Origin: Lytechinus pictus
Lineage: Eukaryota
NCBI RefSeq assembly: GCF_037042905.1
Contig: NC_087245.1
Span: 28,770,001-28,834,000 of the forward strand
Direction of reading: 5' to 3'
DNA: 64,000 bases
Shown: one piece after another, positions 52,400-64,000 of the stretch
Numbering within the stretch: position 1 is the first letter of the stretch
How the letters are laid out: each line of letters opens with the position of its first letter
Notes under the pieces: generated by a model
Databases searched by the model: none
What the model was told of the DNA's origin: nothing
The model's input: the letters and a program-made list of their open reading frames with translations, nothing else
Translations under genes and position numbers: made by a program

Positions 52400-53707
52400 C
52401 AGTGCGTATACAAATTTCAAATCATGATGTCTATATTTTTTTGTTGATAGATAATCTGAAGTCTTATCTTTCAAATGCCATTAAAAATATCAGTTCGTTC
52501 ATGCTTGAGCGAACACGGAACCAAAAAAAGGCTTGCGCCAATTGGCAGAAAATGAGAAAATGCAGATCATCAGACTTCTTGCTAATGCAAACTCCCTTTT
52601 AATCTTTTTATTATCTTTGCTGTAATTTTTGAATTCTGCTGTCAAAATCCATTTACAAATCTATTCATTTACTTAAATTGTTTTGTTTGTGTCTTTTTAA
52701 TATGGTATCTTTTAGCATTGAATGTTTTTCCATAAGTAAAAACAAAAAATTGTCAACCCAAGTAAGGGGATTCGTATTATTAATGGGATAGCTTGTAATT
52801 TGATCAAATCCCTTCATTGTGGGCTGCAAATGTTTTGGTGCCTTTGAAAGACGTGAATCCTTCTGTTAGAATTAATATTGTCCTGTCAAGCGCACAATTT
52901 GACTTGTTCAAGGAATCAATGTCCCCTTGACAATAGGATTCATATCTTCCAATGCACCATAACCTTTGATGCACATAATAAAAGGATATGAATACATTAC
53001 AAGCTCTTCCATTAATAATGGATATCTCCTTGCTTAGGTTGACAATTTTTTTTCTAACTTATTTAAGAATATTCAATGCTAAAAGAAAACATATTAAAAT
53101 GAAACAAGGTGGTTTGCGAACCATAAGTCTCGCCTGATTTCGCGATAATCAAAATATGCAATATAATATTTTGACCCCTAGACAAATTTTGACCCCATCA
53201 TCCTCATGGATCACATGTAGTATTACTCAAGGATCATAGTGCCAAGTATGAACATGATTGATGCAGAAATAAAGAAATCAGAGCATGTTGAACAAAAACT
53301 TTAAAAAAGGATGGACATGACCACATATCATTTGACCTTTTGACCCCTAGACGACCTTTGACCTCATCATCCTCATGGAAAGATATGTAAAATTATCCAA
53401 TGATAATATCTACCAAGTATGAAAATAATTGATTTAGAAATAAAGAAATGAGAGCAAATTGAATAAAAACTAGCAAGAAGTCTGATGATCAATATTTTCT
53501 AATTTTCCGGCATTTGGCGCAAGCCCTTTTTTTGAACCCCTCACAAAAACGTCTTGTGTTCGCTCAAGCATGAACGAAACTCATTTTTTAAAAAGCATTT
53601 GAAAAATAAGACATCAGAACATCTAATAACATCAAAATATAAACATCATAACTTTAAACAAAATTTTGATAGACTTTTCTAAACTGTCCCTTTTTTGATA
53701 CGCACTG
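52400..53707. mobile_element. Tc1/mariner-type non-autonomous element, copy 1
   Basis: TA-CAGTGCGTAT ... ATACGCACTG-TA with long internal inverted arms; related to 61395-62654. Confidence 0.8.
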
Positions 53708-54514
53708 TATAGTGCGATTTTTTTACGAAACTTGGGAAAAAAAACAGCCATCAAATATCACTGATCAACATAAAATAGATCCATATACTTGCAAATTTAT
53801 GATGGTATTTCACAAACCTAACCTTGGTCAAGATTTCAATATTGACGACACTGTCGCATCCCCGCCGCCGCCGTCGGAAAAGCGGCGCCTATGTCTCACT
53901 TCTTCTATGCAGGTGAGACGAAAATCGCCCCAGTCTCATTTTAAATCGTAATTTGGAAAACACGACTTGGAGCTATGCTCTTGAAGGGCAGATCCATCGC
54001 TTTGCTCTGGATTGTAATCACAAACCAAGAGTAGCCGCCAGGACAGCTGCTAGCGTACAGAGGCTGAGTATTGAATCGCGTAATTCAGGCGAGAGTGCCA
54101 AAGGCGTTCATTTGTTCAATTAATTGAATATTCCACTTCCCATGATCTGAAGGAAGAAGTACCATTGAGAGGCAGCACTTTCCTCTGTAGCAATTCGCTT
54201 GTAACAGCGGCCCATTTTTTAAATAAAATGTTTATATATATATATATGTGTGTGTGTGGGTGTGGGTGTGTGTGTATATGTGTGTATACAGTATATATAT
54301 ATATATAAATATAAACTTGACACCTCACAAATCCCCAATTAGAGACAAAAATATTTCATGAACGCATAATCATTATAATTATATGGATGGAAAGAGTATC
54401 TTCTCCCAAATAATTTGATACCATATCTATGTGGTATGTCTTTACACTTTGATAATCAGTAGGTAGTTCTTTGTAGTGATGTGAATTTTGATCTGCGCCA
54501 ATGTAAGGCATGGC

Positions 54515-55545
54515 TGCCTTAAACTTTAACGTTGACCTAAAAAATGACGTTGACCTTACCATGTGACCTCCGACTGCAGCATATCCTGCAGGTCCAGTAC
54601 CCTTTCATACTGCCCTCTTCATTTTTCACCGGCGAACTTCTCCGCCTCGCATTCCTCACTTCCCCGGCGAAGAAAAAAAATGTACCCTTTCGCACTGACA
54701 TTTCTTCCCCGGCGAAAGTCAACGGGCGATTGCAGAACAAACGAAATAAAATTACTTCTTACCTATTACAAAAAGGTATCAAAAAATTAATTACAACATA
54801 TTTTGGAAGTATTACGATAAAACAAACAATATCACCTTGTCTTTATATTTTAGCGCATTTTATACATGTAAAAAGTGTTTTTTAATAAATATTGTTAGTA
54901 AAAAAAAATTATGTTCGAGGGTATCTACTTGGCCATATAGCATTCAGCTGAGCTTGCAACCATCGCGCGCGGAATCTCGGTACAGGGGACTTTGGGAGAG
55001 AAAAAAATTGACCTCTTACGTCATTAAAGAGGAGAAGTTCTCCGGTTTGCTTTCATACTGGCCTTTTCACCGGCGAACTTCGCCGGTGAAACAGTTTCGC
55101 CGGCGAAGTTCTCCACCTCTAGAGGTGGAGAAGTTCACCGGCGAACTTCACCGGTGAAGTTCTCCTGTGTACCTTTCATACTGGACACTTTCCCCTTCGC
55201 TGGCGAACTTCGCCGGTGAAGTTCGCCGGTGAAAAGCGCAATATGAAAGGGGTATTAAATCTACCATCCAAGTTTGGTTGAAAAGTGACTAATGGTTGCG
55301 GGGTTATGTGTCATAAGAGAGTCTTGCACGTAAACTATAACGTTGACCTAAAAATGACCTTCGACTTTACCATTGTGAACTTCAACTGCAGCATTACATG
55401 CAGGTCCCCCAAGTACATCTCCCATCCAAGTTTGGTTGAAAAATGATTAACGGCTGCGGAGTGTCATGTGTCATAATGTTTGTGACGGACGGACGACATT
55501 TGAATCCCTTCTTCTCGCCCCCACCTCTGGTGGGCGAGACAAAAA
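54515..55545 (+). mobile_element. Helentron/HINE-like non-autonomous element interrupted by a palindromic MITE (54598-55254)
   Basis: Duplicated TGACCT-rich unit (54521 and 55332), a (GACG)n tract near 55484, and a terminal hairpin TCTCGCCCCCACC-TCT-GGTGGGCGAGA followed by an A-run. The insert has TACCC(C)TTTCATA TIRs and many TTCACCGGCGAA motifs. Confidence 0.65.
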
Positions 55546-56209
55546 GGGAAAGTGAAAAGTGGAAAGAGAAAAAGAGGCAACCTTTGACAATTTCACTTTG
55601 GTGCTGTTTTGTCGTTCTTTTTTCCCCTCGGGTGGGAATATTGACTGAAGGAAAGACTATCAACTGACTTACCAAACGGACTGGGGATGGACAAGACTCA
55701 CTGAATATTCATCTTCTTTATAGTTAGCCCCCTCACCCTCCAAGTTATGTCGGACATATTATCAGTTACATTTTAAACCTTGTGATTCACTTGGAACCAT
55801 CTATCTGTGACAGTGTGGGTAAGATTTTCCGTCAGTTCTTGTGCACCCGACGCGAAAGGGCTGTCAGAGATCACGAGCGAAGCGCGGAATCTCTGACGTT
55901 TCATTAATTTAAGGAGAAAAAGAGACATCTCATGTCACTTCAAGAAAATCTTATCATATGCATGCATTCAAATGCAAGCAACATGCCTATAACAATACAA
56001 ATGCCTGTCGCCAGGATATTTTTTATTGGCGATACGAGACCTTGAATATTGACAACAAACTTCTCAATGCTGCGTCAAGATTGTGCAAGTTCCAGGTCCA
56101 TCACTTCTCTTTTGGTTAAATCCCATTCTTGTATATAAGTACTCTTTATCTAGTTTTCTGATGTATTTTGAAGACCTGTTTTGAATTTAACAATTTTCTC
56201 GTTTTCTAG

Positions 56210-56350
56210 GTCCAGTGAGTTGTTATTTGGCTCATAAGTTTGGTTGTCGCCGTGTAACCATCATCAGTTGTTTCCTATCTGCAATATCCCTCTTAGCAGG
56301 ATCATTCAGTCAATCAGCAACCTTTCTTGGTTGTTCTTATTTCTTAACAG
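56210..56350 (+). CDS. SLC16-like MFS transporter, exon 2
   Basis: Acceptor ttttctAG and donor G|GTAATT, phase 1-1. CPVSCYLAHKFGCRRVTIISCFLS contains MFS motif A. Confidence 0.9.
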
Positions 56351-56959
56351 GTAATTTATTCACTATTAACTAAATTTCGTGCACTCTTAAAGCAAGAGCT
56401 ATTCTAGTCAATAATCATGCTCCTCTCGAAGTGAAATGAGGGATTAGTCTTTTTTGAGTGAGATATGGATCTTCAGAGAGTTGATTTTACCTTTATTTCG
56501 AGTGAAAGTGTCTGAAAAAGTCGACCGTTCACTCCAGGAGCTATAACGCACTGTGTACGGATGTACAATTAATCCGGACAGTTAACTGCAAAGGGATTGG
56601 TCCCTGGTGTCACTCCGTATTTGAGTGTGATTATGAAGTGGATTCTATTTTTTTGCGATTAGACAGTAAGGGGAAATCCAATCTGTTCCCTTGCTAGTTT
56701 TAATGAAACAAAAATAGCAGGTATGTAGTCGAGACTGGCAGTTCCGTGTCACAAGGCCGTTCTAGAAAACCTTCTTCCGTAGACTTTATATACGTCGGGT
56801 CAAGCCCGAGGCAAAAGCCGACGAAATCTGGCCTAGAGGCCATCCTCGACTACATTCCTACAAAATAGTTAACGAAATATTCAACGATTTTTTTTTGCGA
56901 TAATCCAGGAATAAATAACACCAAAAAAGTTAGGGATTTTTTTATTCTAAATCTAATGT

Positions 56960-57095
56960 GAGAGCCGTGGATTAGTGGTTCTGACTCTCGCCTTGTACTC
57001 AGAGGGTCTCGTGCTCGAGTCCCATCGCGGTCTAGCGTCCTTTGGCAAGGGGTTAATCCACACCATCCCTTTTACCACCCAGGTGCTAAATGGGT
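56960..57095 (+). mobile_element. tRNA-derived SINE, 5' fragment
   Basis: A-box-like TGGATTAGTGG, B-box-like GCTCGAGTCC, then body CCTTTGGCAAG...CCCAGGTG...AAATGGGT. Confidence 0.75.
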
Positions 57096-57293
57096 GATAG
57101 CCTATTTATCCAAAGTATATTATTTTGTTTGATCATTGTTAGATACAAATTGTTGACCCATGTGGTTTTACTGACATTATCATGCAAGAAATGTTATATG
57201 ATACCAACAGATCAGTTGAAGAATATAATTATGTCAAACGAAAATGCACTGTTCTCAAGGTATTCAAACTATATTTTCATTTATCATGTTCAG

Positions 57294-58211
57294 GTCTTTT
57301 CTCTTCTCCATTGAGGCAAATGTCGAATGAAATGCTTCATCAACATTACGGAAAACATGGATATGGATTTGCGCAAACGGTCACACAGTTGGGCAGTCAG
57401 GTTGGCAGTTTCTTGATGCCATACATCGTAGTTTTTACTCTTGATGCTTATGGCGTGAGAGGAAGCCTATTTTTCCTGAGTGCAATGGCGTTCCATGGCG
57501 TAGCTACAGCGGCGACATTACATCCCCCGCGATTTCCGCAAGGCCCATCTGCAACGAACAGTTCTATACGAAGGAATGGTGATGGACCAGAACTTGAGCC
57601 ACTTCAAACTGGTGACGAATCAGAGAGCCCTACTAGTAAAGAAGAAAGTATGGATTTAGAGACTGACAAAAGCCTTGAGAAAAATGAAGACCACAATCCT
57701 CAACACTCAAAGGTCGATATGCTTCGAAATATGATTCATCAAACCTTTGATTTTTTCAACGAGGAACTTGTTTTTACATTTCTCCTCCTTCCATGCCAGA
57801 TTTTGTTCGACATAACTTTCGCTGGCTGGGAAGTGTTCCTCTTCTCCTATGGTATCACTGAAGGATTGTCTAAAGATAAAGCCGTTTATACGGTGATGAT
57901 GGGTTCTATTGGCGGGTTGGTCGGACGCTTTTCATTAATAGCAATCCTTTACAAATTTCCTTTAGTGACTCTGTATCTGGTTGCATTAAACATGGGTATA
58001 GTTTCCGTCACGCTCTTAGTATACCCCATCAGTTCCTCGCTCACTTATTTGGCCATTTGTTCTTTTTTTGCCGGGTTTGGTTTCTGCAACGCCTTTTCAT
58101 CTTTTTACGGTGCTGTCTCTCTTCTGGTGCGGAAGGAGAATTTCCCAAAGGCCATTGCTTCTTCCCTCATGCTATGTGGAATTTCATATCTATTATCCGG
58201 AATACTAACAG
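57294..58211 (+). CDS. SLC16-like MFS transporter, exon 3
   Basis: Acceptor tgttcAG and donor G|GTATGT, phase 1-1. Several TM helices, YGVRGSLFFLSA, and a long acidic central loop typical of MCTs. Confidence 0.92.
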
Positions 58212-58808
58212 GTATGTAAATCTTTTATGCATTTGGAATATCCTAAGGACACCCTCCACTTAATATCATTTAGTTCTCGATAATTAGCATGACAACGCGT
58301 TTATTGGGGGAAAGTGAAAATAGGCCTACTCAAATCACAATGAAGTCTTTATCGAGGGTCGGTGAATTATATCAGCAGTTTCGTCTGTTAATCTGGACCA
58401 ATGACATTTTTGCTTTTTTCCGTAAGCTCAGAAACGTCGGACGAGACTGCTGTTCCGATTCACCGACCCCTGAAAAAGATTTCATTGTGATTTGACTTAC
58501 ATATTCAAGGCATAATACTGCGTTGTATAGGATTCATTCCCGACCTTTCGTTCGAGAACGCGAACGCTTATTTACAACGGTAGTTGATTTTGGAAGAGAT
58601 TTTTGGGCCCGTCGTCATGGTCGTAAAACTCTGTCCTGCAATGCAAATTGTGTGACATGAGATTTTTTTCGTTTCGCATCTGGAACGGAAACATTCAATC
58701 TGCGTTCCGTGTGCAAAATTCTGGTTGCTACTATGGTAACAGCGATATATCCGATTTAGGACGACTTTCCAGAGCCACATTTGATTCCGCCCAGAGCTCG
58801 AGAGGCCG

Positions 58809-59108
58809 CCCGGGGGGCCCACTTCCATTGAAGAGTGGATACCAGGCGCGACCTCGCGTAAAAAGGGAAAGAGTGGGCAAGTACGTTACGTATAGGCCTA
58901 TGTAACGTTATGAGGGTGTCAAAAACGATGTTTAAAATACTGAAAAGGGGGATATATTTCCAATACTTGTAGGGTTTTACAAGTCAAATACTTGTTAAGA
59001 GATGCGTTTTCATAATCTGGAAAAGACTTGCTTCCCTTGTTTAGGGTGATTTTCGAAACCCCATGGTCGCGCCTGGTATCCACTTATCAATGGAAGTGGT
59101 CCCCCGGG
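58809..59108. mobile_element. MITE with CCCGGG termini
   Basis: About 45-bp TIRs CCCGGGGG..CCACTTCCATTGA..AGTGGATACCAGGCGCGACC and their inverse. Confidence 0.82.
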
Positions 59109-60366
59109 AATTTGAATCTAATCCCCCATTTCTGGGGAAAGTAAAACGTAATGCCCATTACGTTGTGTGCTAGATGCATATCGTTTGTGTAGAAAGAGTA
59201 AAAAAAGAAAAAAAAAACGCAAAATCGACTGAAGTTCAGACGAATTTGGCCTACTGCATGCTGTGTACATATCAACGCATGCGAAATATTTCGGCTGGAG
59301 AGGTGATCTGACCCATGGAATCAATTGCCAGTGATCCAACAATAATCCACATTAAATGCAATATCGATTCGATGGACTGTAATGATCTATATCTAAGCCT
59401 CAATTCAGTAACTTTTTCCTCACTCAATATGTACTCGATTTGTTTGAAAAACCACTTTCTTATCCATATGTCATAATCTATACGATGATGACTATCAGTC
59501 GTAATACATGCATGTATGGTGCGGGTGTCGCGGGAAAGAATTTTGCACACGAAAAGCAGATCTGTAGGGCCTGTAAACCCCCTGTAACACAAAGCTTAGC
59601 ATTGACTGTAGAGCAGTTTTCTACGTTTGATTCAATTGACTATAATGTACAATCAATCTTAAAAATCAAGTGTATGATTAAGCGTCAACTTTTGTGTTAG
59701 AGGACCCTAATATTAGCGTCCGTGAGGTTTGCGAAAGGTCCCAATTCCGCGCCGCTGTGCGAAAAATCCCTGTTGATAAACAGCATAAAACCCGATGAAA
59801 TGATACCAATGCAGGAGAATCAGTGATGAGTACAGGGTTTTAATTAAGTAAAGTAAATAAAAAAGCAACACACATTATTTACAATTGCAATATGTCGTGA
59901 AATCATTTAACAAATATCATCTATAGGATCCTTTCAACAAAGTTTGGTGTCTATAGTAATCCATAGAAAACTCGTACTTGTTGAATATTGTTATTTAAAA
60001 AAGAAATCTTCGACATTGAGCTATTGTTTTATTTGCTTTGATCCGTTCCATGTATTGTCTTAATTCTTGATTATGTCAAATACATATCGTGGGTCCTTAT
60101 GGGGAAAGAATATATTTGAGTCGTCTGCAAAAAAAACCGAATGATATAGTATTTGAAGATATACAAAAGTCATAAGTGTAAACAAGAAAATAATAGCGGA
60201 CCGTAAATTGAGCCCTGTGGGACACAATATTTCAATCTGTATTGATATTCAAATGTCATGGAGCAATTTCTAATATACAATATTTAGAAAACATGACTAT
60301 ATCGTTGTGATAGTTCTTTGATGTTTGTTTCTAATTCTCATAGTCTCCCTCTTTTCTATCTTTCAG

Positions 60367-60500
60367 GTTATATGTACGATCTGTTTGGTTCTTACCGGGC
60401 TGTCTTCCGTGTCTTAGGTATCATGTCAGGTGCCGCTAGTTCGGCAATCACTATTTATATCTGTGTTGACTCTTCGAGAAACAAAAAGAAGTCGTTTTGA
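60367..60500 (+). CDS. SLC16-like MFS transporter, last exon
   Basis: Acceptor ctttcAG; GYMYDLFGSYRAVF matches the MCT GxxxDxxGxY motif; ends in TGA. The four exons total 1386 nt (461 aa). Confidence 0.9.
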
Positions 60501-60971
60501 TGTTATGCTTACGTCATTTTTTTCTTTTACCCCTGTCAGTTTAACACTTGCCATTTCCACCGAACGGGCCTTTCTGACATGGAAGATAATCGCATCCTTT
60601 CTTATGTATATTATAGATTTCTATTAGACCTATAGTATTTGACGTCAATCCCCGCATTTTTCAACATAGGCCTTGAAAATCATAACATCGCATGCATCAC
60701 TTATGTACCTGATAAACATAAGATTCAACTTCCAGTGTGACTCACGACACATGTGTAGTGTTTAGTAGACAACAAACAAAGGGTGTGAATCGGGATGGGG
60801 GGGGGGGGGGGGCTTGGAGTCTCATGCCCCTTCCCTTCAAAAAATATAAAGTGAAATGACACACTGAATATGTTATACCAAACACACACAACCCACACAC
60901 GCACCCCACGCACATGCCCACTGCGATGCCACATTCCCTCACACGCTTTAAACAGGTATACTATTCCGTAC

Positions 60972-61212
60972 GAGGGTCGTGGGTTCGAATCTAGCCATGG
61001 CGTGTTTTTCTTCAGCAAGAAATTTATCCAAACTGTGCTGCACTCGACCCAGGTGAGATGAATGCGTACCCGGCAGGATTAATTCTTTGAATGTACGAGC
61101 GCTGAAAGGTACTCGAGCTAAGGCCGGGGGTAATAATGATAATAACAATGCGCCTCGGAAAAGATTGTTTCTAGATAGATGGCGCTATACAAATGCCTAT
61201 TATTATTATTTA
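60972..61212 (+). mobile_element. tRNA-derived SINE with (ATT)n tail
   Basis: B box GGTTCGAATC, conserved body and TATTATTATT tail. Confidence 0.82.
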
Positions 61213-61394
61213 TCATAACTTTCTCTTTACTCCGTTTTTATAATGTTCTCTTTGTATTTTGTGTAAGTTACCAATATCAAACTGTAATATTGATCGTTTA
61301 TACGTTCATTCAGAAGATACTAGTTACCCGTATGTAATTGGTAGATTGTACACGACAGGTCTATACACTGTATTCGTATGCATGTATGCCTATA

Positions 61395-62654
61395 CAGTAT
61401 AAAAAAAACGGGACAGATTTGAAAAGTCTATAAAATTTTTGTTTCAAATTATTATCTCTATATTTTGGTGTCAATAGGTGTTCTGAAGTGTTATCCTTCA
61501 AATGCCATTAAAATAATTTAGTTTCGTTCATGCTTGAGCGAACACGGAATGTTTTGGTCTGGGGTTAAAAAGGAGGCTTGCGCCAAAATGGCATAAAATG
61601 ATTAATATGATGGTTGGACTTCTTGCTAATCAGCAGACTTCTTCTTAACCTTTTCATTATCTTTGCCATAATTTTCGAATTATGCTGTCAAAATTTATTT
61701 CCAAATCTACTTATTTGCTTGAATCGTTCTGTTGTTCCTTTTTAATATGTTCTCTTTTAGCTTTGAATATTCCTTCTTTAGGCAAGAACAATAAAAAAAA
61801 CCCGAAGTATGGGAGAGCGTTTTTTTGTCTTCAAATCCTTTGATTTTGTGCTACAAAGGTTATGGTTCCTTTGAACAGTGGCATACTGATGGGTGGGGGC
61901 TTGGGGTGCTCTACCCCCCCCCCCAAATAAAAAAAATCAAGACCAAGAAAAAAAGTGGAAAGGAAAATAACAGAAAACATAGAAAGTGAAATGTGATATC
62001 ATTTTCTGAATATTATGTCAAAATCACAAAATTTTATATTTTAATAAAGAAAGTGGAAATTTTTGCTTTGGCTTCACAACTGTTTAATACATTTTACCCG
62101 ATCTGCCATATCTAGCTCCTTCAAAATTGACTCAATACACCATTGCCGTTAAAAGACATGAATCCTTTCCTGTTTGTCCTGTCAAGCACATAAACTTGGT
62201 GAAGGATTCAATAACACTTTGAAAATAGGATTCATGTCTTTTATAGGTACCATAACATAATTTGTTCACATAATAAAAGGATTTGAATAATTACAAATTC
62301 TCCCAATTAATAATGCAAATCTTCTTACTTGGGTTGACAAAAAGTGTTTTCTTCTTACTTTCAAAATTCAAAGTTAAAAGAATTTTAACTGAAAAACAAA
62401 ATAATTCAGGTAAATAAATAAATTTGTAAACGAAATTTGACAGCATAATTACAAAATTATGGCAAAGACAATGAAAAGAAAAAGACTCGGAAGTCTGCTG
62501 ATTAGCCAAAAGTCTAATCATCATCATTTTTTTAAGTAGTATTTCAGAGATAACATCTCAGAGCATCTATTAACATCAAAATATAGATATAATTATTTGA
62601 AACAAATTTTTTTATAGACTTTTCAAAACTGTCCCGTTTTTTTTATACGCACTG
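61395..62654. mobile_element. Tc1/mariner-type non-autonomous element, copy 2, with a small hAT-like insert at about 61877-62145
   Basis: TA-CAGT...AAAACGGGACAG / CTGTCCCGTTTT...GCACTG-TA, with long inverted arms. Confidence 0.8.
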
Positions 62655-63649
62655 TATATCCAACAAGCTATGAACACGGGTCTGAAAGTAACCGTTTTAT
62701 GACATGCTATGTTACAATTGACTATTTCGTATATTCCCTTTGCTCTGCTTTCTTATGTGTTCTCTTAGATGTGTTTTCTTATATCTGTTATTACTTACCT
62801 GTATACTCATGTACCCGTATGTAATAGAAATCTAGCATGTATTGAAACAAACATGACAAAGTCTTTTCATTCTCCTCATTATTTAGATCCTTGATCCTTT
62901 AATTAACCTTAATTTCTACAACTTGAGAGCCATTCAGATGTAAGCCCACTGGACCTCCATTACTCGGTATTTTTTTCTCTTCATATTCAGTTCAAACATA
63001 GGCTGCATAAACATGAAAATGATACTTACTCTCCTTTGATTGCCCTGTCAGATTTCCTCGTTTCTTTATAAATGTGCAATATGCGTAATGTAGTAGAAAT
63101 AACAATTATGATGATAGCATTAATAGTAATGACAATAGTAGAAGTAGTCAGAGTATCAGTTATAGTGGTAGACAGGACAATTTTAATAATGCATGATAAA
63201 AATATGAATGATAAAAAAATGTTATTAACAATAATGATGATTATATAAAACAACTGAAGGTTGATTACGATTAAATCATATACCTTTATACATGCATATA
63301 ATTGTAACTTTAAGTTAAATCTAGGCTATCATATTGTATTATATATTTTGTGCCGAGATCACTGATGATCGAAAGCTTGACGAATAAGGAGTATACGAAG
63401 CTCCGACCGCCTCATAGCGCTAGCCAATTTATTCCTCTTAATAACATTATATAATCCTTACCAACTATGAGTGACTGACAGTGTTTAGCTCTTGGATAAT
63501 TACTTCCACTATATATATATATATGTGTGTGTGTGTACGTGTGTGTGTGTGTGTATGTGAGAGAGAGAGAGGGTATGTGTGTGCGTGCGTGTGGTTGTGT
63601 GTTGCGTGTACATGTATGTATGTGGGTAGATGGGTGTGTTTGCATGTGT

Positions 63650-63796
63650 GGAGCGTTGTGGTCTGGTGATTCTGACTATTGCCTTTGAAACAGGTTAGCG
63701 AGTTCGAATCCCAGCCATGGCGTGATTTCCTTCAGCAAGTAATTGATACACACTGTGCTGCACTCAACCCAGGTGAGGTGAATGGGTACCGGCAGT
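63650..63796 (+). mobile_element. tRNA-derived SINE, 5' part
   Basis: A-box-like TGGTCTGGTG, B box GTTCGAATCC, and a body shared with the 60972 copy. Confidence 0.8.
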
Positions 63797-64000
63797 CTTG
63801 CCGCCTTATATAAGGGTACCCTCAGTTTAAAAACATGTATCTAAATAAATACGGTAAAATTTACATAGCAAAACGCTAAAAGATTCATTAAATCTGATAG
63901 TTATTGAATTCCAAATTCAAGAAATATTTTGTAGATACAGCTGTATCCACACCGTCATGAACATTCAATAGGGAGACTAATGTATGTTTCTTATGTTATT

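Noticed and set aside
57182..57293. N-terminal part of the 345-aa ORF as the start of the transporter
   Set aside because: It is intronic read-through. Transporter-like sequence begins at the acceptor at 57294, in phase with exon 2.
56960..63796. tRNA genes suggested by A/B boxes at 56960, 60972 and 63650
   Set aside because: No complete cloverleaf is evident and each runs into a shared SINE body.

Overview
AT-rich, intron-rich eukaryotic DNA, most consistent with an invertebrate deuterostome such as a sea urchin. That assignment is an inference from the repeat types, not something the sequence proves. Four genic loci can be reconstructed by hand. (1) A six-exon type II transmembrane trypsin-like serine protease on the minus strand (25271 to 7940, about 350 aa, intact His/Asp/Ser triad). 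(2) A decayed multi-exon gene for an acidic, repeat-rich protein of unknown family on the plus strand (about 29777-37300), with a nonsense codon, a broken acceptor and a frameshift. (3) An intronless aminergic, histamine H3/H4-like class A GPCR on the plus strand (45058-46263), interrupted by one in-frame TAG. (4) A four-exon SLC16/MCT-like MFS transporter on the plus strand (51961-60500, 461 aa). Most remaining DNA is nested, non-autonomous mobile elements: two foldback (TU-like) elements with inverted arrays of 15-bp repeats, many hAT-type elements with 8-bp target-site duplications (TSDs), Kolobok-, Tc1- and CACTA-type MITEs, Helentron-like elements, tRNA-derived SINEs, and decayed RTE and L2/Crack LINEs. 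I found no transposase ORF, CRISPR array, rRNA or genuine tRNA. I cannot support a wholly new biological system. The best candidates for follow-up are the foldback elements, the single-stop GPCR, the stem-less protease and the orphan pseudogene.
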